This document shows, piece after piece, positions 48,385-61,319 of a stretch of 64,000 nt of DNA (position 1 is its first letter; the number at the start of each line of letters is the position of its first letter). A model generated the notes under the pieces. That model did not search any database. It was not told the DNA's origin and was given only the letters and a program-made list of their open reading frames with translations. The DNA lies in the NCBI RefSeq assembly GCF_030028105.1, contig NC_092384.1:17429629-17493628 (forward strand). Direction: 5' to 3'. The position numbers and the translations under genes were made by a program. This DNA comes from Mobula birostris. Its lineage: Eukaryota.

Positions 48385-51300
48385 CTAATCAGCTATGGTG
48401 TTATCAGTACCTTTGACATGTTTGATTTTTAAGTCACCTTCCTGCAATATCGGACTCCAATTTAACAACCTTCTATTCTTATCCCTCATTTTAGTTAGAA
48501 ACATCAACGGATTATAACCCATGTAAACCACAAGTGGTCTCTGAGCAACGGAAAGGTTTTGAGATCTCAGATCATAGGCCTCAAAAGGTTGTAAAGCCAG
48601 AATAAGTGCTAGTAATTCCTTTTCAAAAGTTGAATAATTCTTCTGGTGTACATTAAAGTTCTTTGAGAAATAAGCTACTGGGTGTTCAATGTCATCCATT
48701 CCCTTCTGTAACAGTACTGGCCCAGCAGATTCGTCACTAACACCTGTTGTTATAGAAAATGGCTTTAAAAAATCAGGTGCTTTGAGCATAGGATGATAAC
48801 ACACGACTGTTTCCAGACGTTTAAATGCCTCCTGGCAAAGTTCATTCCATTCAAATCATTCACTTTTCCCTAAGAGATTTGTTAGGGGGAGAGCGATGTC
48901 AGCAAGGTTCTTCAATAACTTTCTATAATACTCAATCATTCTTAAACCCCTTCTCAAAGCTTTCTTGTCGGTTAGAACAGGAACTTCAGCAATAGATTGA
49001 ACCCTGGCCAGTACAGGAGACAGCTGGCCTTGGCCCACCACATAACCTAATATGTAACTCTGGCATGGCAAATTCACTTGTAGCAAGGTTCGCAGTAAGA
49101 GTGGCCTTGGAAGGTCTGCCAAACCGTTTTTTGCAGCTGCAATATGCTCTTCCCACGTATCATTCCAGACCACTAAGTCATTGATATCAACCTCTGTGCT
49201 TTCTAACCCTCCAATCATAGAATTTATCATTCTCTGAAATGTTTCTGGAGTATTCTTCATCCCAAAGTGTAAAACATTGTATTCACACAGTCTAGACGGT
49301 GTCACAAATGCTGATATCTCTTTAAACCTCTCTGTTAAAGGAACACCCCGGTATCCTTTTAACAAGTCAATCTTAGTAAGATATTTAGCCTTCCCCACTC
49401 TATCAATGCAGTCATCCATTCTTTTTCTTTGGTCTTTCTTGTTTATAATTCCTTGTTCAACCCTTTTACTTTCCTTAAATTCACTTTGTGAAGATGCCAT
49501 TTCATAAGCTGGGCTAAATTCATAATGATGCCATGCACTGCACCTGTGCACCATTTCAAAACACAAATTAGTCCTTTTACTTTTTTTTCTGCTTTGGGTC
49601 CAACTGGTGGACCTTATCAGTAATATTTTCCAAAACAATAGAATTTTGATATCTGGATGAGTCTAGATTCAGTGAGTAAACATGCCTTTCCATTCAATTA
49701 TCAGATTTCACGATTCCATTTTGTCCTACAACAATTCTCCCAGCTGCAATTCCAGTAAACAAGTGTCTTATTTAGACTCGACCATTTTGTAAACCTTGCT
49801 TGGCAAAGTCACAATGCTTACTAAATCACATCCAGAGTTCTCTGAGTAGGGTCAAAGGTCCTTTTGGCCTGCAACTGAACACAGATTCCAACAGATTACC
49901 CTTCACTGCCTTCTGAATCGAATCCCCAACAATAAATAAAAGGAGGGGAACCCCCTCGTTCCCATTTTCCTCATTTCTCACACGATGATGTCCACCTAAA
50001 GGCATACTGTAAGCCATGTTTAAAATTTCAGCCTTGTAACCTTTCAAGACCACCACGTAACATGCAGGCACAGTGGCTAGTCTCCACTTCCTCATCAACA
50101 TCCCATCTTTAAGGTAATATGCTACAGATTCTCTCTGAATCTCCTCTCCTGTGAGAGCTATCTCTCTTAAAACCACCATTCCAGAATCTTGCTTCTGTTC
50201 CTCGATACATTCCTTTCTCAACAAAGACAAGCCTTTCTTATACACGTTACCCATATCAATTGTACTACCCTCTAAGTCCTGCTGAAACCTGGAAGGTAGC
50301 AAAGTCTGTGACACATCATTATAATTTAAACTCCTGGTTTTCCTATCATAGGTCTCAATAGCAACTTTGCTCATTAGCTGAATTGCTGAAACACTCTCAT
50401 CTTGGAGAGCTGTCTACATGCCTCCATTGTTTATTAAACTCAGTACCATCATCAGGATGATCAGAATCAAGAATACATTATGAAAGAGACCAAGTAAACT
50501 ACCCATCTGATTACGACCTATACTTTGACTTGTATCCACAGCAACTTCCACTCCAAAACCACAACAATTCTCCTTTTCCTCCTCCATAGCATCACCCTGA
50601 ATAACAGCACGACGTTGCAGGTGCTTAAATGTCCAAACAAAATCCAACAGAGCGGCACAGCAACTCTCAGCAGGCCTTTGTCCTACAAGAAGGGAAAAAC
50701 GGTCGCGCAACCAATCCAACCTTTTACAGCACTTTATCCAAAAGTCCAGGAACAGCGTTTTTCCCATTACTTCCAGCAACAATGACCTCACCAGCTTTTA
50801 AATCACGGTCTACTACAAATGATTGAGAATCCCCACATTCCACTGCTACAAAGGTTAAACCCTTACTCACTGAACCAAATCCATCTGACACAAAAGGACT
50901 ACATTTCCTTACAACCAAGTAAGAAACCTCAGACCTCAACTGAGCCTCAACATAAGGATCAGAATCCTGTGAACTCACAGGTACTACAACAACCTTGGCA
51001 GATTCCAGCGGAACAACTGCCTCTTCTGGGGTGCCATCACTTGTCCCAGTTTCATATTCAAGGTCATCTCGAACCTCCCAACTATTCTCTTGCCAACTGC
51101 TTTCTGCAGTAAACTCAACCTCATGGGTTGAAACTTCTTCGTCTATTTTCTTAACAAGCCCCTTCAGGGTAGGGGCATCCTCTGCCACTGGACATGCCCT
51201 TACCTCATCAGGAACACAACCTTTGAATTCATCACACAAAACTAGCCCTTCCGAGCTGTAAAAATCATCAGGGCCCGACACTGAACCTCTTTGCTGCAAC

Positions 51301-51770
51301 CTTTCCCTTTTAAACTGTCTCTGCCTTTCTGTCACGTGATCTTCACGTTGCCATTTCTCTCTCTCGAGCTGTCTCTGTCTTTCTGCCTCTTCTCTCTGTT
51401 TTGCTGCCTTTTCTCTCTGTCTTGCTGCTTCTTCTCTCCGTTTCTCTGCCTCTCTGGCCTCCCTCTAGAGCTGTTTTAATTTCCATTCATGCTGCCTGTT
51501 CAATATTTCCAACAGAAGCTGTTCTCCTCCTCAGTAGGTTCACCTTCCACGGTCAACTCTGACTCCTGCTCATCAAATGTTCTCTATCTATATAATATTC
51601 AACTATTTTTTCTTTGAATACCTACCTTAGTCACACCCTTCTTTACATCAATTGTCAATTTTTTAGCAATGTCCCGCAACTCATACGTTTTAGCTGACTT
51701 CAAAGTCACCAGGTCTGGTGATTTCAGAAAGTCTCTACCTTGCATTTTTACTGTCTTTCCACAAAACCGA
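48385..51770 (-). pseudogene. gag-pol remnant, copy A (gag, protease, integrase Zn part, RT, RNase H)
   Basis: GCVPDEVRA (gag); YKAEILNMAYSMPLGGH (integrase N-terminus); RMDDCIDRVGKAKYLTKIDLLKGY (RT); HPVAYFSK..STFEKELLALILAL (RNase H). Confidence 0.88.
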
Positions 51771-52146
51771 ACCAAAAGTTTGTTTATGTGGAGAAACTCC
51801 CCGCCAGTCAACCCCTTCTTAACTGTTGGAATACCAATTTGGGTCGATCCGCCTGATCCATCCTCCAAAACGCACTTTCTCTGCGGGCACAACAATGCTC
51901 ATTCAGTGTCCAGATCATGAGTCTGAGGTCTGTATCATCTGACGTCCTATTTATCTCACCAGGCTGAGCGCCACCTGTCACTCAAAGAGTCCCTCCTTCC
52001 TTTGTCTGTTAAGGAAATGCACAAGCAAGCAACAAGTCCTTGAAGAAATATCAACAACCTGCTGAAAATCATAACATCGAGTGTCCATTAAATAAAACCG
52101 TCTTCGGTCACCATAGGAACTTACGAGCTGCTCGGTGCTGTCCTTC

Positions 52147-54950
52147 TTAACCCCTTCTTAAAGCAATCTTGACGGTTAGAACAGGAACTTCAGAAGTAGC
52201 TTGAACCTTGGCCTGTACAGAAGTCAGTTGGCCTTGCCCCAACACATAACCCAGATATGCAACTATGGCATGGCCAAATTCACTTGTAGCAAGTCTCACA
52301 GTAACAGTGGCCTTGGAAGGTCTGTCAAACCGTTTTTCTACAGCTGCAATATGCTCTTCCCACGTATCATTCCAGATCACTAAGTCATTGATATCAACCT
52401 CTGTGCTTTCTAACCCTCCAATCACAGAATTTATCATTCTCTGAAATGTTTCTAGAGCATTCTCCAACCCAAAGTGTAAAACATTGTATTCACACAGTCT
52501 AGATGGTGTCACAAATGCTGATATCTCTTTAACCCTCTCTGTTAAAGGAACACCCCGGTATCCTTTTAACAAGTCAATCTTAGTAAGATATTTAGCCTTC
52601 CCCATCTATCAATGCAGTCATCCATTCTCTTTCTTTGTTCTTCCTTGTTTCTAATTCCTTGTTCAACCCTTTTACTTTCCTTAAAGTTCATTTTGTGAAG
52701 ATGCCATTTCATAAGCTGGGCTACATTTATAATGATGTCATGCACTGCACCTGTGCACCATTTCAAAACGCTAATTAGTCCTTTTACTTTTTTTTCTGCT
52801 TTGGGTCCAACTGGTGGACCTTATCAGTAATATTTTCCAAAACAATGGAATTCTGACATCTGGGTGAGTCTAGATTCAATGCGTAAACATGCCTTTCCAT
52901 TCCATTATCAGATTTCACCATTCCATTTTGCTCTACAACAATTCTCCCAGCTGCAATTCTAGTAAACAAGTGTCTTATTTTGAATCGACCATTTTCTAAA
53001 CTTTCTTTGGCAAAGTCACAAAGCTTACTAAATCAATTCCGGAGTTCACTGAATAGGGTCATAGGACCTTTTGGCCTGTTACTGAACACATGTTCCAACA
53101 AATTACCCTTCACTGCCTTCTGAATGGAATCTCCAACAATAAATAAAAGGAGGGGATCCCCCTCGTTCCCATTTTCCTTATTTCTCACACAGTGATGTCC
53201 ACCTAAAGACATCCTGTAAGCCATGTTTACAATTTCAGCCCTGTAACATTTCAAAACCACCACGTGACTTGCTGGCAGAGTGGCTGGTCTCCAGTCCTCA
53301 TCAACATCCCATCTTTAAGGTAATATCCTACTGACTCTCTCTGAACCTCCTCTGCTGTGAGAGCTATCTCTCTTAAAGCCGGCATTCCACAATCTTGCTT
53401 CTGTTCCTCGATACATTCCTTTCTCAACAAAGACAAGCCTTTCTTATACACCTTACCCTTATCAATTGTACTACCCTCTAAGTCCTGCTGAAATCTGGAA
53501 GGTAGAAAGGTCTGTGACACATCATCATAATTTAAACTTCCGGTTTTCCTATCAAAAGTCTCAGTAGCAAATTTGCTCATTAGCTGAATTGCTGAAACAC
53601 TCTTATCTTGGAGAGCTGTAAACATGCCTCCATTGTTTATTAAACTCAGTACCATCATCAGGATGATCAGAATCATGTATACATTATGAAAGAGACCAAA
53701 TAAACCACCCATCTGATTTCGACCTATACTTCGACTTGTATCCACGGCAACTTCCACTCCAAAACCAGAACAATTCTTCTTTTCCTCGTCCATAACATCA
53801 CCCTGAATAACAGCATGACCTTGCAGGTGCTTAGATGTCCAAACAAAATCCAACAGAGCGGCACATCCGCTCTCAGCAGGCCTTTGCCCTGCAAGCAGGG
53901 TCAAAGGTTGCGCAACCAATCCACCTTTTTCCAGCACTGTATCCAAGAGTCCAGGAACAGCACTTTTCCCATTACTTCTAGCAACATTGACCTCACCAGC
54001 TTTTAAAACACGGTCTAGTACAAATGACTGAGAATCCTCACATTCCACTGATACCATTGTTAACCCCTTACTTACTGAATCAAGTCCGTCTGACACAAAA
54101 GATCCGCATTCCCTTTCTACCAAGTCAGACACCTCAGACCTCAACTGAGCCTCAACATAAGGTTCAGAATCCTGTGATATCACAGGTACTTCAACAACCT
54201 GGACACATTCAATCGGAAAAACTGCCTCTTCTGGGGTGACATCACTTGTCCCAGTTTCAAATTGAAAGTCATCTCGAACCTCCCAGCTGTTCTCTCGACA
54301 ACTCCTTTCTGGAGTAAACTCAACCTCATAGGTTAAAACTTCTTCGTCTGTTTTCCTAACAAGCCCCTTCAGGGTAGGGGCATACTCTGCCACCGGTAAT
54401 GCCCTTACCTCATCAGGAACACAACCTTTGAATTCAGCACACAAAACTAGCCCTTCCGAGCTTTAAAAATCATCAGGGTCCGACACTGAACCTCTTTGCT
54501 GCAACCTCTCCCTTTTAAACTGCCTCTGCCTTTCTGCCACGTGATCTTCACGTTGCCATTTCTCCCTCTCGAGCTGTCTCTGTCTTTCTGCCTTTTCTCT
54601 CTGTTTTACTGCCTTATCTCTCTGTCTTGCTGCTTCTTCTCTCCGTTTCTCTGCCTCTCTGGCCTCTCTCTCGAGCTGTTTTAATTTCCATTCATACTCC
54701 CTGTTTAATGTTTCCAGCAGAAGCTGAAGCTCATCCTCAGTAGGTTCACCTTCCACGAACAACTCTAACGCCTCCTCATCAAATGTTCCCTTATCTATAT
54801 AATATTCAATTATCTTTCTTTGAATATCTACCTTAGTCACACCCTTCTTTACCTCAATTCTCAATTCTTTAGCAATGTCCCGCAACTCATACTTTTTAGT
54901 TAACTTCAAAGTCACCATGTCTGGTGGTTTCTAAAAGTCTCTAACATCCA
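52147..54950 (-). pseudogene. gag-pol remnant, copy B (no RNase H)
   Basis: ORFs 54463-54918, 53251-54444, 53033-53263 and 52147-52605 are colinear with copy A. Confidence 0.88.
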
Positions 54951-55984
54951 TTTCTGCTGTTTTTCCACACAACCAAATCAAAAGGGATTTTCCCCAATCA
55001 ATTCAAACCAGCCTCTCGACCAATTTGTTCATATCGCGGACGCAGGCCCCAATCATGTCACGTACCCCGTGACGGGAAAAAAGAACCTGCGGAAATAGAA
55101 AACACTTTGGAATTTCGTATTGCTATAAACTAATTAATATTTATTAGTAGCTACGCAATACAGTAATATCACACAGGTTAGCAATGATTATATATAAAAA
55201 TAGGTGTGGAATATATATGTATGAAAAACAAGCTTCTTTGATGACTTTAACCGGGGGGACTGGTTTTCCTGTGGTGGAGCTATCAGCCCGGCAAAGGGTG
55301 GACACATAGACAACTCTCCACCAGTCAACCGCTTCTTCACCGTTGGAATAGCAATTTGGATCGATCGGCCTGATCGATCCTCCAAAACCCCCGTTCTCTG
55401 CGGGCACAACAATGCTGATTCAGTGTCCAGATCATGTGTCTGAGGTCTGTATCATCTGACGTCCTATTTATCTCACCAGGCTGAGCATCACCTCTCATTC
55501 AAAGAGTCCCTCCTTCCTTTGTCTGTTAAGGAAATGCACAAGCAGGAAACAAGTCCTTGAAGAAATATCAACAACCTGCTGCAAATCATAACATCGAGTG
55601 TCCATTAAATAACATCGCCTTCGGTCACCATAGCAACTTACGAACTTACGAGCTGCTCGGTGCTGTCTCCAACTCCAAACTCAGTAAAAATCCAAAGTTA
55701 CTTCCAATGCCTTAAAGTGACAGTCCAACCGTTAATCTTCCTCTTTCTCTCTCCTTTCCAAACAAACCGTCAATGATGAATGTCTCTCTCTGTCTCTCTT
55801 CAAACAGTTAATATGGGCACTCCTGGATCCCCTCACACAATGAATACCAATCAATAATTATAACCTGTTCACTTAATGATGATTGGAAACTTTATTTAGA
55901 CAAATGGGGAACAATGGCCATACCATTTGTGACTCGTGTAAAATTGATCCATATGCTACAAAAGAGTAACTGTCTTTCAGCTGT

Positions 55985-56550
55985 GTACATCTTGTTCGTC
56001 CATCATTGACGTCGATGAGGACCTCGACTCCATAATGATGGTGTCGAGACTAGCGTTTGGTTTGGATTTAAGTGAGGGAGAGTTGCGCAGCATCAGCCTC
56101 ACTCTCTCTTCCCAATTCCCATCTGGGTCCAGTGGCAAGACAGAGTCTAGATGGCTGGAGATGGGACTAGGCGCAGTGGATGACCAGGACGTCTTCTGTG
56201 TCTTGTCCTGCTCTACACGTTCCACGACGCTTGCAGAGACCGCCTTCTTAACCGTTGGACCTTCCATAGGTCTCGTCCGCTCAATCCGCCGGAGTCTGTC
56301 TTCACATGCTGGGATAGACAACTCCCTATCTCACCGAGGGTTTGAGACCCGTCGGCTACCCTCACCTGGTTTAGCCGGCTTGTCGAAGCTGTTGCCCGGG
56401 GTGTGGCCGCTGTCGCATGCAAACAGCTACGGGGAGCCACAGGTGAGAGCTGAGTGCCAGGTGGGGACCAAAGGTGGACTAACCCCCCTGAAAAGGACGC
56501 GACATGTTCCCCCACCAGAGGTCCTACCCCTCCCTGACACCCCATACACC
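55985..56550. repeat. Probable RTE-related non-autonomous retroposon
   Basis: GC-richer block (CAGTGGATGACCAGGAC ... GCAGAGACCGCCTTCTT) resembling recalled RTE UTR sequence; classification tentative. Confidence 0.35.
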
Positions 56551-56869
56551 TTGTGTACATCTTATCCCTGGATTCAATGCATGGAAGCCAGCAACCGGCT
56601 AAATTGTAGCTGTCTAATGGTACTGCTGATTAGTTATCAACATGATAAGCACAACGATTTAGAGATTTCAGTGGAAGTAATTTCCTCATATCATTTTCTG
56701 CATGTTTTGGTCATTAATATGACGCTATTAAGCAGAAATGCTTGCAGATCTATGTAAAACTAGACCACTTGTATTTACGTGTGAACCTATTTCTCACTGG
56801 GACCAGATGCGATATACCCCAGACTACTGTGGTAGTCTACGTAAGGAAGTAGATCGTTGAGCCTCTGGT

Positions 56870-57240
56870 GATGATCTTTGTATCATCAGTAGTGCATGAG
56901 AAGTCCTGGAAGACTGGAAGGTTGTAAATGTTGTTCCCTTGTTGAAGAAAGGGAGTAGCAATAACCCAGGGAATTATAGACAAGTGAGTCTAAGTTCAGT
57001 AGCGGGCAAATTGTTGGAGAAAATTCTGAAAGGAAGGATTTATGAGAATTTAGAGGGACATAATCTAATTAACTATAGCCAGTATGGCTTTGTCAAGTGA
57101 GGTTGTGCCTTACGAGCCTATTGAATCCTTTGAGGATGTAACAAAACACATTGACGAAGTAGAGCAGTGGATGTAGTGTACACTGATTCAGTAAGTTATT
57201 TGACAAGGTTCCCCATGTGAATCTCATTCAGCAAGTATTG
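56870..57240 (+). mobile_element. Degenerate CR1 RT fragment
   Basis: Remnants of VPLLKKG, NYRQVSL and FDKVPH. Confidence 0.75.
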
Positions 57241-57319
57241 CTACAGGCTGGGAACTCAGGAAGATTTTGAACGGGTTTCGCGCGTGTTAGAATTGCCAGT
57301 ACCCCATTATAATCTTATT

Positions 57320-58725
57320 ATAATTACAGCACGGAAACAGGCCATCTCGGCCCTTCTAGTCCGTGCCGACTCTTACTCTCACCTAGTCCCACCGAACTGC
57401 ACTCAGCCCATAACCCTCTATTCCTTTCCTGTCCATATACGCATTCAATTTTACTTTAAATGACAACATCGAACCTGCCCGAACCACTTCTGCTGGAAGC
57501 TCGTTTCAAACAGCTACCACTCTCTGAGTAAGGAAGTTCCTCCTCATGTTACCCCTAAATTTTTGCCCTTTAACTCTCAACTCATGTCCTCTTGTTTGAA
57601 TCTCCCCCACTCTCGATGGAAAAAGCCTATCCACGTCAACTCTATCTATCCCCCTCATAATTTTAAATTCCTCTATCAAGTGCCCTCTCAACAATCTACG
57701 CTCCAAAGAATAAAGACCAAACTTGTTCAACCTTTCTCTGTAACTTAGGAGATGAAACCCAGGTAACATTCTACTAAATCTTTTCTGTTCTCTCTCAATT
57801 TTGTTGACATTCTTCTTATAATTCATTGACCAGATCTGTACACAATCCTCCAAATTTGGCCATACCAATCCCTAGTACAATTGGAAAATTACATCCCAAC
57901 TCCTCTACTCAATGCTCTGATTTATAAAGGCCAGCATACCAAAAGCTTTCTTCACCACCCTATCCACATGAGATTCCACCTTCAGGCAACTATGCACCAC
58001 TATTCCTAGTGCCCTCTGTTCTACTCCATTCTTCAATGCCCTACCATTTACCATGTATGTCCTATTTCGATTAGTCCTACCAAAACGTAGCACCTCACAT
58101 TTATCAACATCAAAAGCCATTTGCTATCCTTCAGCCCACTCTTCTAACTGGCCTAAATCTCTCTGCAAGCTTTGAAAACCCACTTCATTGTACACAACTG
58201 CACCTATCTTAATATCATCTGCATACTTACTACTCCAATTTACAACGCCACCATCCCGATCATTAATATATATGGCAAACAACATTGGACCCAGTACAGA
58301 TAGCTGAGGCACACCACTAGTCACCGGCCTCCAATCTGACAAACAGTTATCCACCACTACTCTCTGGCATCTCCCATTCAGCCACTGTTGAATCCATTTT
58401 ACTACTTCAATATTAATACCTAACGATTGAACCTTCCTAACTAACCGTACGTGTGGAACCTTGGTAAAGGCCTTACTGAAGTCTACATAGACAGCATCCA
58501 TCGCTTTACCCTTGTCAACTTTCCTTGCAACTTCTTCAAAAAATTAAATAAGATTTGTCAGACATGACTTTCCACGCACAAATCCATGTTGACTGTTCCT
58601 AATCAGACCCTGTCTATCTAGATAATTATATATATCATCTCTAGGAATACTTTCCATCAATTTAACCACCACTGACGTCAAACTCACAGGCCGGTAATTG
58701 CTAGGTTTACTCCCAGAAACTGTCC
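57320..58725 (-). mobile_element. 5'-truncated CR1 LINE RT pseudogene with 3' tail
   Basis: Minus ORFs 57506-58741 contain NYRPVSLTS, DFSKAF.KVPH, GVPQ and YADD. Confidence 0.92.
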
Positions 58726-59164
58726 ATTTTTTCAACACCATCTCCCTTTCAGAGGTTCATCTTGTATTGACGCAAAATTAATAGCATTGAATCCGGCCAA
58801 CTATGCTGGCTTCATTGCTATCCATAGTGTGGAGCAGCACACAGAGCATGCCGTGTTTCTCATTTGTATAGATTTTACTCGTAAGCCGCATAATTGACAT
58901 CAGTGAATTAGCTTTGTTTGTTTTTGGACCACAGATGATTTTAGATCGAGGGATAACATATTCTGTGAATTTACTGAAGTGTTGCTATGCATTTTCCCCA
59001 TTCCCCAAAAGTTCTTCGAGAGCTGGTCAGTGCAAATGATATTCATTAGTTATAAATATTGGTAGCTCTGTATTTGAACAACTGCTAGGTAACCGATATC
59101 GGTGAAATATGGACAGGTGTGCTTGTCTAAAAGAAGGCCGAAGAATAGGAGAATTGTCGGATTT

Positions 59165-59665
59165 TGTCGGGTTTCGGTGGGACTCAGGTGAATACTTGTT
59201 CACCGCTATTTATTAGGGAGCATAAAGGCAACGGTCTTTCAAAAACAGAAGGCAGGCACGAATCTGAAATGGCAGGCAGGAATCTTACCAGGAAAGGGCA
59301 GACAATCCAGACCGCACTAGCAAAAATCAGGTCCAGGAACAGGCAAAATCCAAAACACAGAATCAGGCAAAATCGGTTGGCAGATGTCGCAATGACAGGC
59401 TAGAACGACACAGGTCAGAATTGGGACGAACTGACAGAGAATGCTTGCCAAGGTAGGGTTTAAGTCGACAGGGTAATCAGTGAAAATTAGAAACAGGTGG
59501 GTGCAGATGAGGAGACAAGTAGGTAATTGGAGGAAGTCCAAAAAGGAAAGGGGCTGGGCCAGAACCCGCATGACCAGGTGAAAGAAAACAGAACTTAAAG
59601 ACTGCCGTGATCCAGAACTACCAGCAGAGACCTTTCGACGCAGTGTTCAGGCCGGATCCTTAACA
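59165..59665 (-). mobile_element. Probable solo LTR (TGTTAAGG...CCCGACA)
   Basis: TG...CA ends on the minus strand with AATAAA near the 3' end; no TSD found. Confidence 0.45.
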
Positions 59666-60262
59666 AGGATATCGTTTAACTTCGATCATGCTTCGCGTTC
59701 GATTAGATGACGAGTGACCCTTGCGCTTCAATAATATTTTTTTTCTGCAGCTTCTAATCCCTTAATAGCAAATTGTAATCAAACTATTCGTCTAGAAGTT
59801 GAGTGATTATCCCACCCGCTATTTGAAGCTTTTCAAGGCATTGAAACGGGGTGATGAATAGGTGTGAATGGGTATGGTCGAGGTGTTCGGGGTAAGGTTG
59901 GAGCTGTAGGAATAAAGCCATAACAAGTATTTGGTTGGAAGTTTCAAAGGTCGAATAAATTAAGCTGCCAGTCTTCAAAATGACATCCAACATGGACGAA
60001 ACGACGAAAAGAACCTTGTTTCCTTTTTTGTTAACAAACGTGCAAAGCAAATAGTAACATATATTTTAAACCAGCGTAGTGTGATGCCCTCGTTAAGAAC
60101 ATGTTTTACTGCATTCCTACTTCCACGCTGTTAGGTGATTTATTTCAGCACCTATTCTGCAAAGCACAGGCTGTTCTCGGAATTAAGCTTCACTGATCAG
60201 TATATGGTTTCTGCTAAGATAAAGGGCCGTTTGGTCGGCGTAGCAAAGTGGCGTCAGCCATA

Positions 60263-60378
60263 TCAGGTTTGTCTCAGTAACATTATGTCCAGTGGGATGC
60301 CACGGAACATTCGGGAGAGCTGGGTGGGATCAGATTTCCGAGGGACTGTGGGTTGTTTTTCGGTTTTGCTGGTAGATG
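60263..60378 (-). CDS. Candidate terminal exon of a gene lying to the right of the window
   Basis: Long pyrimidine tract ending ccacttccag; phase-1 frame xSTSKTEKQPTVPRKSDPTQLSRMFRGIPLDIMLLRQT*; AATAAA at 60139-60144. Frame unresolved. Confidence 0.3.
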
Positions 60379-60691
60379 CTGGAAGTGGAAGTACGTGCGG
60401 AGAGGAGCACAAGGGAAAAACTAAAGAATTCCGTCCGAAGGGGAGACCATATTATAAAAAATGGTTTTTGCAAACGAATGAGTCCAAGGAGGAAGTGCAA
60501 ATGCTCCTGAGTTAGCCAGTTCGTTTTTAACAAGTCCGAAATGTGGCTGGGGACGTGGGTTTTGCGCTGTGAGTACCGACTATCCAGAAATGAGCTCCAA
60601 CACACCTTCACTCTGTTTTCACTGTAATTGGCCCCTTTTCTTTATCTTGCTATGAACTGTTTGTTAATGTTGAAATATCTACAAATATACT

Positions 60692-60985
60692 GCCACGTGG
60701 TCAAGTGGTTAAGGCATTGGACTAGCTACCTGAAGGTCGTGAGTTCGAGCCCCATCCGAGAGAATGTGTTATGTCCTTGAGCAAAGCACTTAATCACACA
60801 TTGCTCTGCGACGACACTGGTGCCAAGCTGTATGGGTCCTAATGGCCTTCCATTGGACAACATTGGTATCGTGGAGAGGGGAGACTTGCAGCATGGGCAA
60901 TTGCTGGTCTTCCATACAACCTTGCCCTGGAGAGTGAAGACTTTCCAGGCGCAGATCCATGGTCTCGCAAGACTAACGGATGCCA
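60692..60985 (+). mobile_element. tRNA-derived SINE with RTE-like tail
   Basis: A-box TGGTCAAGTGG, B-box GTTCGAGCC (60743-60751), then non-tRNA body ending GCAAGACTAACGGATGCC. Confidence 0.8.
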
Positions 60986-61094
60986 CTTCAATTTCATGTC
61001 AGTGCAAGGTCTGATATTTCCTGGGGAACAATAAATTTGGATAGGACAGTATTGATACAGCATTCTTTATAGTTTTCCTTCCCTCAAATGGAAC

Positions 61095-61315
61095 ATTCCA
61101 ACTTTCCATATGCATCATCTATATTGCGAGTGAGGAAGAAGAATGGGAAAGTACAAATATGTTTTGATTATCAATCACCGAACAGCCGCACTGTTCCAGG
61201 GATCGAGGTTACTCTCCTCTGCCTTAGTGGAGTCAAATGGTTCAGTGTGTTGCATCCAATAAGCGGGCATTGTCAAATACCCATGAGTGCAGTGGATAAA
61301 GAAAAGTTGGTATCA
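61095..61315 (+). pseudogene. Ty3/gypsy RT fragment
   Basis: PYASSILRVRKKNGKVQICFDY ... LSGVKWFSVL ... QIPMSAVDKEK. Confidence 0.75.
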
Positions 61316-61319
61316 GGAG

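Larger units (their letters stand above)
47268..55837 (-). mobile_element. Gmr1-type Ty3/gypsy LTR retrotransposon, tandem LTR-internal-partial LTR-internal-LTR structure
   Basis: TSD CAAT (47264-47267, 55838-55841); TG...CA termini; LTRs 55056-55837, about 51770-52142 (partial) and 47268-48250; degenerate tRNA-Pro PBS at 55033-55051; PPT GAAGGAAGGGGAG at 48251-48263. Confidence 0.9.

Noticed and set aside
60692-60765. Possible tRNA gene
   Set aside because: A and B boxes continue into a SINE body and tail; no complete acceptor stem is evident.
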